Part shown: one piece after another, positions 7,385-13,605 of the stretch
How positions within the stretch are numbered: position 1 is the stretch's first letter
How the letters are laid out: every line of letters starts with the position of its first letter
Source of the DNA: a virus
Strand: one strand, 5' to 3'
Length of the DNA stretch: 13,605 nucleotides
UHGV virus genome: UHGV-0206243
Position numbers and translations under genes: made by a program
The notes under the pieces: generated by a model
Databases searched by the model: none
Told to the model about the DNA's origin: nothing
Seen by the model: only the letters and a program-made list of their open reading frames with translations

Positions 7385-8193
7385 CCGGTGTTAAACCGCG
7401 TATTCTTGGTGTGCCGGGGCTGGATACCAAAGAGGTGGCTGTTGCACTGGCATCAGTCTGTCAGAAGCTGCGCGCTTTCGGGTATATCAGCGCATGGGGC
7501 TGTAAAACCATTTCCGAGGTGAAAGCCTACCGCCAGAATTTCAGCCAGCGTGAGCTGATGGTCATCTGGCCGGATTTCCTCGCATGGGATACAGTCAACA
7601 GTACCACCGCCACCGCGTATGCCACCGCCCGTGCGCTGGGTCTGCGTGCCAAAATCGACCAGGAGCAGGGCTGGCATAAAACGCTGTCCAACGTCGGGGT
7701 AAACGGTGTTACCGGCATCAGCGCGTCCGTATTCTGGGATTTGCAGGAGTCCGGTACCGATGCTGACCTGCTTAACGAGTCTGGCGTCACAACGCTGATT
7801 CGCCGCGACGGTTTCCGATTCTGGGGTAACCGTACCTGCTCCGATGACCCGCTGTTCCTCTTTGAAAACTACACCCGCACCGCGCAGGTGTTGGCCGACA
7901 CGATGGCTGAGGCGCACATGTGGGCGGTGGATAAGCCCATCACCGCAACGCTGATTCGCGACATCGTTGACGGCATCAATGCCAAATTTCGTGAGCTGAA
8001 AACAAACGGCTATATCGTGGATGCGACCTGCTGGTTCAGCGAAGAATCCAACGATGCGGAAACCCTTAAGGCCGGAAAACTGTATATCGACTACGACTAT
8101 ACACCGGTGCCTCCTCTCGAAAACCTGACCCTGCGCCAGCGTATTACCGATAAATACCTGGCAAATCTGGTCACCTCGGTTAACAGCAATTAA
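7384..8193 (+). pseudogene. FI: Tail sheath protein FI, C-terminal portion only
   Basis: Sheath-frame homology ([18 protein letters not shown]... to ...[10 protein letters not shown]) begins at about 7384; the track ORF starts at GTG 7411. About 260-270 codons remain of a recalled ~396-aa protein. No native start or promoter. Confidence 0.85.
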
Positions 8194-8205
8194 GGAGCCT
8201 GACCG

Positions 8206-8724
8206 ATGGCAATGCCGCGCAAACTCAAGTTAATGAACGTCTTTCTGAACGGCTACAGCTATCAGGGCGTTGCAAAGTCCGTCACGCTGCCAAAACTGAC
8301 CCGTAAGCTCGAAAACTATCGCGGTGCGGGGATGAACGGCAGCGCACCGGTAGACCTCGGCCTTGATGATGATGCGCTGTCAATGGAGTGGTCGCTCGGG
8401 GGCTTCCCGGATTCGGTTATCTGGGAGCTTTACGCCGCAACCGGCGTGGATGCCGTGCCGATTCGTTTTGCAGGCTCTTACCAGCGCGACGATACCGGCG
8501 AAACGGTGGCCGTCGAAGTGGTCATGCGTGGACGTCAGAAAGAAATCGACACCGGCGAGGGCAAACAGGGAGAAGACACCGAGTCGAAAATCTCCGTGGT
8601 CTGCACCTATTTCCGGCTGACGATGGACGGTAAGGAGCTGGTCGAAATCGACACCATCAACATGATTGAGAAGGTGAACGGCGTCGACCGGCTGGAGCAA
8701 CACCGCCGCAATATCGGCCTGTGA
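8206..8724 (+). CDS. FII: Tail tube protein FII
   Basis: 172 aa; matches recalled P2 gpFII; AAGGAG Shine-Dalgarno upstream. Confidence 0.92.
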   Translation: MAMPRKLKLMNVFLNGYSYQGVAKSVTLPKLTRKLENYRGAGMNGSAPVDLGLDDDALSMEWSLGGFPDSVIWELYAATGVDAVPIRFAGSYQRDDTGETVAVEVVMRGRQKEIDTGEGKQGEDTESKISVVCTYFRLTMDGKELVEIDTINMIEKVNGVDRLEQHRRNIGL

Positions 8725-8780
8725 TTTTCATCCGGTCAGCCTGGCTGACCGGTTAACACCGATTCAGAAGTGAGAAAACC

Positions 8781-9056
8781 ATGAACAAAGAAAATGTGAT
8801 TACCCTGGACAATCCGGTCAAGCGTGGTGAGCAGGTTATCGAACAGGTCACGCTGATGAAACCCAATGCCGGGACGCTGCGCGGTGTCAGTCTGGCTGCG
8901 GTCGCGAACTCTGAAGTCGATGCACTGATTAAGGTGCTGCCGCGCATGACGGCACCGATGCTGACCGAGCAGGAAGTCGCCGCGCTGGAACTGCCTGACC
9001 TTGTGGCGCTGGCCGGTAAGGTGGTCGGTTTTTTGTCGCCGAACTCGGTGCAGTGA
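8781..9056 (+). CDS. E: Tail assembly chaperone E
   Basis: 91 aa; matches recalled P2 gpE. Confidence 0.9.
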   Translation: MNKENVITLDNPVKRGEQVIEQVTLMKPNAGTLRGVSLAAVANSEVDALIKVLPRMTAPMLTEQEVAALELPDLVALAGKVVGFLSPNSVQ

Positions 9057-9208
9057 CGTTTCCGAAAAATCTCTCGGTCGATGACCTGATGGCAGATGTG
9101 GCTGTGATATTTCACTGGCCGCCATCAGAACTGTATCCCATGAGCCTGACCGAACTCATCACATGGCGCGAAAAGGCGCTCCGGCGAAGCGGAAACACGA
9201 ATGAGTAA
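8781..9208 (+). CDS. E': Tail assembly chaperone E+E' (programmed -1 frameshift product; slip site TTTTTTG at 9029..9035)
   Basis: I translated the -1 frame from the T6G slip site by hand: it is open to TAA at 9206-9208 and ends ...LTELITWREKALRRSGNTNE, about 142 aa in total, overlapping the T start. Confidence 0.8.
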
Positions 9209-11648
9209 CAATGTAAAATTACAGGTATTGCTCAGGGCTGTTGACCAGGCATCCCGCCCGTTTAAATCCATCCGTACAGCGAGCAAGTCGCTGTCGGGGG
9301 ATATCCGGGAAACACAAAAATCACTGCGCGAGCTGAACGGTCAGGCGTCCCGTATTGAGGGATTTCGCAAGACCAGTGCGCAGCTCGCCGTGACTGGTCA
9401 TGCACTTGAAAAGGCTCGGCAGGAAGCCGAAGCCCTTGCCACACAGTTTAAAAACACCGAACGTCCGACCCGTGCTCAGGCGAAAGTGCTGGAGTCCGCG
9501 AAGCGTGCGGCGGAGGACTTACAGGCGAAATATAACCGCCTGACGGATTCCGTTAAACGCCAGCAACGGGAACTGGCCGCTGTGGGAATTAATACCCGCA
9601 ATCTTGCACATGATGAGCAGGGACTGAAAAACCGTATCAGTGAAACCACCGCACAGCTTAACCGTCAGCGCGACGCGCTGGCGCGTGTCAGTGCGCAACA
9701 GGCAAAACTTAACGCAGTCAAACAGCGTTATCAGGCAGGCAAGGAACTGGCCGGAAATATGGCCTCGGTGGGCGCTGCCGGTGTGGGGATTGCGGCGGCG
9801 GGAACGATGGCCGGAGTTAAGCTGCTGATGCCCGGTTATGAGTTTGCGCAGAAAAACTCAGAATTGCAGGCCGTGCTCGGTGTGGCAAAAGATTCCGCCG
9901 AAATGGCCGCGCTACGCAAACAGGCGCGCCAGCTCGGCGACAATACCGCCGCCTCGGCGGATGATGCGGCCGGTGCGCAGATTATTATTGCGAAAGCCGG
10001 TGGGGATGTTGATGCCATTCAGGCGGCAACGCCGGTCACGCTGAACATGGCGCTGGCGAACCGCCGCACGATGGAAGAAAACGCCGCCCTGCTGATGGGG
10101 ATGAAATCCGCCTTTCAGCTTTCAAACGATAAGGTCGCTCATATCGGGGATGTTCTCTCCATGACGATGAACAAAACCGCCGCCGATTTTGACGGCATGA
10201 GCGATGCGCTGACCTATGCCGCACCTGTGGCAAAAAATGCCGGTGTCAGCATTGAAGAAACCGCCGCGATGGTCGGGGCGCTGCATGATGCAAAAATCAC
10301 AGGCTCAATGGCGGGGACGGGAAGCCGTGCCGTGTTAAGCCGCCTGCAGGCACCGACGGGAAAAGCATGGGATGCACTCAAAGAGCTTGGAGTGAAAACC
10401 TCAGACAGCAAGGGAAACACCCGGCCAATATTTACCATTCTGAAAGAAATGCAGGCCAGTTTTGAGAAAAACCGGCTCGGTACTGCCCAGCAGGCTGAAT
10501 ACATGAAAACTATTTTCGGGGAGGAGGCCAGCTCAGCCGCCGCCGTGCTGATGACTGCCGCCTCAACCGGAAAGCTGGACAAACTGGCCGCTGCGTTTAA
10601 AGCCTCAGACGGAAAGACCGCAGAGCTGGTAAATATCATGCAGGACAACCTCGGCGGTGACTTTAAGGAGTTTCAGTCCGCTTATGAGGCGGTGGGGACT
10701 GACCTGTTTGACCAGCAGGAAGGCGCACTGCGTAAGCTCACGCAGACGGCCACAAAGTATGTGTTAAAACTCGACGGCTGGATCCAGAAAAACAAATCAC
10801 TGGCGTCAACCATCGGCCTTATTGTCGGTGGTGCACTGGCGCTGACTGGCATCATCGGTGCAATTGGTCTTGTAGCCTGGCCGGTTATCACCGGCATCAA
10901 TGCCATCATCGCGGCAGCAGGCGCAATGGGGGCAGTCTTCACGACGGTTGGCAGTGCTGTTATGACGGCCATCGGGGCGATTAGCTGGCCGGTTGTGGCC
11001 GTGGTGGCCGCCATTGTCGCCGGGGCGTTGCTTATCCGTAAATACTGGGAGCCTGTCAGCGCATTCTTTGGCGGTGTGGTGGAAGGGCTGAAAGCGGCAT
11101 TTGCGCCGGTGGGGGAACTGTTCACGCCACTTAAGCCGGTGTTTGACTGGCTGGGCGAAAAGTTACAGGCCGCGTGGCAGTGGTTTAAAAACCTGATTGC
11201 CCCGGTCAAAGCCACCCAGGACACCCTGAACCGTTGCCGTGACACGGGCGTCATGTTCGGGCAGGCACTGGCTGACGCGCTGATGCTGCCGCTTAATGCG
11301 TTCAACAAACTGCGCGGCGGTATTGACTGGGTACTGGAAAAACTCGGCGTCATCAACAAAGAGTCAGGCACGCTTGACCAGACTGCCGCCAGAACTCATG
11401 CCGCCACGTATGGCACCGGTGGTTATATTCCGGCGACCAGCTCTTATGCTGGCTATCAGGCTTATCAGCCAGTTACGGCACCGGCTGGCCGCTCTTATGT
11501 GGACCAGAGTAAAAACGAATATCACATCAGCCTGACGGGGGGTACTGCGCCGGGGACACAGCTTGACCGCCAGTTACAGGATGCGCTCGAAAAATACGAG
11601 CGGGATAAACGTGCGCGCGCCCGTGCCAGCATGATGCATGACGGTTAA
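9201..11648 (+). CDS. T: Tail tape measure protein T
   Basis: 815 aa; coiled-coil-like N-terminal region and a Gly/Ala-rich hydrophobic C-terminal region; matches recalled P2 gpT. Confidence 0.92.
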   Translation: MSNNVKLQVLLRAVDQASRPFKSIRTASKSLSGDIRETQKSLRELNGQASRIEGFRKTSAQLAVTGHALEKARQEAEALATQFKNTERPTRAQAKVLESAKRAAEDLQAKYNRLTDSVKRQQRELAAVGINTRNLAHDEQGLKNRISETTAQLNRQRDALARVSAQQAKLNAVKQRYQAGKELAGNMASVGAAGVGIAAAGTMAGVKLLMPGYEFAQKNSELQAVLGVAKDSAEMAALRKQARQLGDNTAASADDAAGAQIIIAKAGGDVDAIQAATPVTLNMALANRRTMEENAALLMGMKSAFQLSNDKVAHIGDVLSMTMNKTAADFDGMSDALTYAAPVAKNAGVSIEETAAMVGALHDAKITGSMAGTGSRAVLSRLQAPTGKAWDALKELGVKTSDSKGNTRPIFTILKEMQASFEKNRLGTAQQAEYMKTIFGEEASSAAAVLMTAASTGKLDKLAAAFKASDGKTAELVNIMQDNLGGDFKEFQSAYEAVGTDLFDQQEGALRKLTQTATKYVLKLDGWIQKNKSLASTIGLIVGGALALTGIIGAIGLVAWPVITGINAIIAAAGAMGAVFTTVGSAVMTAIGAISWPVVAVVAAIVAGALLIRKYWEPVSAFFGGVVEGLKAAFAPVGELFTPLKPVFDWLGEKLQAAWQWFKNLIAPVKATQDTLNRCRDTGVMFGQALADALMLPLNAFNKLRGGIDWVLEKLGVINKESGTLDQTAARTHAATYGTGGYIPATSSYAGYQAYQPVTAPAGRSYVDQSKNEYHISLTGGTAPGTQLDRQLQDALEKYERDKRARARASMMHDG

Positions 11649-11662
11649 GGAGGTGACGAAAA

Positions 11663-12142
11663 ATGATGCTCGCGTTAGGTATGTTTGTTTTTATGCGCCA
11701 GACGCTGCCACACCAGACCATGCAGCGTGAATCAGATTATCGCTGGCCGTCAAATTCCCGTATCGGTAAACGGGATGCCTTTCAGTTTCTCGGTGTTGGC
11801 GAGGAAAACATCACGCTGGCCGGTGTGCTTTATCCCGAACTGACCGGCGGCAAGCTGACGATGACCACGCTCAGGCTGATGGCAGAGGAAGGTCGGGCGT
11901 GGCCGTTGCTGGATGGTACCGGCATGATTTACGGCATGTATGTCATCAGTAAGGTGAGTGAAACAGGGAGTATTTTCTTTGCAGACGGCACACCCCGAAA
12001 AATTGATTTTACGCTGTCGCTCACCCGCGTTGATGAATCACTGGCCGCGCTTTATGGCGATATCGGTAAACAGGCGGAATCGCTCATCGGTAAGGCTGGC
12101 AGTATGGCGACTAAATTCACGGGTATGACGGAGGCGGGATAA
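11663..12142 (+). CDS. U: Tail protein U
   Basis: 159 aa; AAGGAGG Shine-Dalgarno upstream; matches recalled P2 gpU. Confidence 0.9.
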   Translation: MMLALGMFVFMRQTLPHQTMQRESDYRWPSNSRIGKRDAFQFLGVGEENITLAGVLYPELTGGKLTMTTLRLMAEEGRAWPLLDGTGMIYGMYVISKVSETGSIFFADGTPRKIDFTLSLTRVDESLAALYGDIGKQAESLIGKAGSMATKFTGMTEAG

Positions 12143-13305
12143 TGCTGGATGCGCTGACATTTGATGCAGGCAGTACGCTGACGCCGGATTACATGCTGAT
12201 GCTCGACAGCAGGGATATTACCGGCAATATCAGCGACCGTCTGATGAGCATGACCCTGACGGATAACCGGGGCTTTGAGGCTGACCAGCTTGATATTGAA
12301 CTGAACGACGCCGACGGGCAGGTCGGGCTACCGATTCGTGGCGCTGTCCTGACGGTGTATATCGGCTGGAAAGGTTTTGCCCTGGTATGCAAAGGGAAAT
12401 TTACCGTTGATGAGGTTGAACACCGGGGCGCGCCGGATGTGGTTACCATCCGCGCCCGGAGTGCAGATTTCCGCGGGACGCTTAATTCCCGCCGGGAAGG
12501 CTCCTGGCATGACACCACGCTCGGCGCGATTGTTGAGGCGATAGCCTCCCGTAACAGGCTGGAAGCCAGTGTCGCTCCGTCACTGGCCGGAATTAAAATT
12601 CCGCATATCGACCAGTCGCAGGAGTCTGATGCGAAATTCCTGACCCGCCTTGCTGAACGCAACGGCGGTGAGGTGTCGGTAAAAATGGGAAAACTGCTGT
12701 TTCTCAAAGCGGGGCAGGGGGTGACGGCCAGCGGTAAAAAAATCCCGCAGATTACCATCACCCGCAGCGACGGCGACCGTCATCATTTTGCGATTGCTGA
12801 CCGTGGAGCTTACACCGGCGTAACGGCAAAGTGGTTACACACCAAAGACCCGAAGCCGCAAAAGCAGAAGGTAAAACTGAAACGCAAAAAGAAAGAGAAA
12901 CACCTGCGCGCACTGGAGCACCCAAAAGCGAAACCGGTCAGGCAGAAGAAAGCGCCAAAAGTACCGGAAGCGCGCGAAGGTGAATATATGGCCGGTGAGG
13001 CTGACAATGTTTTTGCCCTGACCACGGTATATGCCACGAAAGCGCAGGCCATGCGCGCCGCTCAGGCGAAGTGGGATAAACTGCAACGGGGCGTTGCGGA
13101 GTTCTCCATCAGCCTGGCTACCGGTCGGGCAGATATTTACACGGAAACACCGGTTAAAGTGTCAGGCTTTAAGCGCGTCATAGACGAGCAGGACTGGACA
13201 ATCACTAAGGTGACACATTTTCTGAATAATAGCGGCTTCACGACGTCCCTGGAGCTTGAGGTCAGGCTTTCTGATGTGGAGTACGAAACAGAAGATGATG
13301 AGTGA
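12142..13305 (+). CDS. D: Tail protein D
   Basis: 387 aa; GGAGG Shine-Dalgarno upstream; matches recalled P2 gpD, including an internal lysine-rich stretch. Confidence 0.9.
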   Translation: MLDALTFDAGSTLTPDYMLMLDSRDITGNISDRLMSMTLTDNRGFEADQLDIELNDADGQVGLPIRGAVLTVYIGWKGFALVCKGKFTVDEVEHRGAPDVVTIRARSADFRGTLNSRREGSWHDTTLGAIVEAIASRNRLEASVAPSLAGIKIPHIDQSQESDAKFLTRLAERNGGEVSVKMGKLLFLKAGQGVTASGKKIPQITITRSDGDRHHFAIADRGAYTGVTAKWLHTKDPKPQKQKVKLKRKKKEKHLRALEHPKAKPVRQKKAPKVPEAREGEYMAGEADNVFALTTVYATKAQAMRAAQAKWDKLQRGVAEFSISLATGRADIYTETPVKVSGFKRVIDEQDWTITKVTHFLNNSGFTTSLELEVRLSDVEYETEDDE

Positions 13306-13323
13306 TGTTTTTATTTTATCTAT

Positions 13324-13352
13324 TTGTTTTATAAGGATAAATTAACTAAAAT
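13324..13352 (+). promoter_or_regulatory. Candidate sigma70 promoter for ogr
   Basis: TTGTTT, 17-nt spacer, TAAAAT in the AT-rich D-ogr gap; a GAAGAGG Shine-Dalgarno and the ogr ATG follow. Confidence 0.45.
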
Positions 13353-13386
13353 GGCACCATCAACAAAACCGGAAGAGGTGCTCGCG

Positions 13387-13605
13387 ATGTTTCATTGTCC
13401 TTTATGCCAGCATGCCGCACATGCGCGTACAAGCCGCTATATCACTGACACGACAAAAGAGCGTTATCACCAGTGCCAGAACGTGAATTGCAGCGCCACG
13501 TTCATCACTTATGAGTCGGTACAGAGATACATCGTGAAGCCGGGAGAAGTCCACGCCGTGAGGCCGCACCCGTTGCCGTCAGGGCAGCAAATTATGTGGA
13601 TGTAA
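13387..13605 (+). CDS. ogr: Late transcription activator Ogr (zinc-finger)
   Basis: 72 aa from MFHCPLCQHA... to ...QQIMWM with a Cys-x2-Cys...Cys-x4-Cys pattern; matches recalled P2 Ogr. The track ORF's TTG start at 13324 lies in the promoter region and is rejected. Confidence 0.9.
   Translation: MFHCPLCQHAAHARTSRYITDTTKERYHQCQNVNCSATFITYESVQRYIVKPGEVHAVRPHPLPSGQQIMWM

Larger units (their letters stand above)
1..13605. mobile_element. Defective P2-like prophage (partial; right-end accessory locus, cos, late region to ogr)
   Basis: Gene order and protein sequences match recalled P2 Q, P, lysB/lysC, R, S, V, W, J, FI, FII, E/E', T, U, D and Ogr. A 19-nt P2-type cos sequence is present. Two internal deletions are evident. 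Confidence 0.9.

Noticed and set aside
7453-7917. Minus-strand ORFs antisense to the sheath remnant (7453..7917 -, 7527..7790 -)
   Set aside because: Shadow ORFs inside FI'.
9262-11721. Antisense and alternate-frame ORFs inside the tape measure gene, including 10682..11371 - (229 aa) and 10214..10648 - (144 aa)
   Set aside because: The Ala/Gly-rich GC-rich T gene produces long open frames on the opposite strand; T itself matches P2 over its full 815 aa.
12840-12965. Lysine-rich low-complexity stretch (KPQKQKVKLKRKKKEKH...KKAPK) that could be mistaken for a repeat or insertion
   Set aside because: It is in frame within D and, as I recall, native to P2 gpD-type proteins.
12189-13086. Minus-strand and alternate-frame ORFs inside D (for example 12189..12761 -, 12835..13086 -)
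   Set aside because: Shadow ORFs inside a well-supported gene.
13324-13386. TTG-initiated N-terminal extension of Ogr (93-aa track ORF)
   Set aside because: The canonical 72-aa Ogr starts at ATG 13387 with a good Shine-Dalgarno; the extension overlaps the predicted promoter.
1-13605. tRNA, rRNA, CRISPR arrays, att sites
   Set aside because: No repeat-spacer periodicity or tRNA-like structure was recognised; attR would lie beyond ogr, outside the window.

Overview
The window is a decayed P2-like (Peduoviridae) prophage from an enterobacterial host, running from the phage right-end accessory locus through cos and the late region to ogr. All P2 identifications rest on recalled P2 protein sequences and lengths, not on a search. 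Order: AT-rich two-gene cargo operon (64..2452, +), intrinsic terminator, cos (2590..2608), portal Q (-), terminase P remnant (-), lysB/lysC, R, S, late-promoter dyad, V, W, a 34-codon J stub, the C-terminal two-thirds of sheath FI, FII, E/E' with its -1 frameshift, tape measure T, U, D, and ogr with its own promoter. Two clean internal deletions have removed the capsid, holin/endolysin and tail-fibre blocks, so the element cannot make particles, yet every surviving gene is full length. The main finding is the AT-rich operon at the position where P2 carries old/tin. It encodes a protein with the C-terminal half of an ABC/SMC-type ATPase (no Walker A, Walker B reads EQPE instead of DEPE) coupled to a 333-aa protein with a possible PD-(D/E)xK-like motif. 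I cannot assign it to a named defence family by eye and treat it as a candidate uncharacterised anti-phage system that may extend upstream of the window. No tRNA, rRNA, CRISPR array or IS element was seen.
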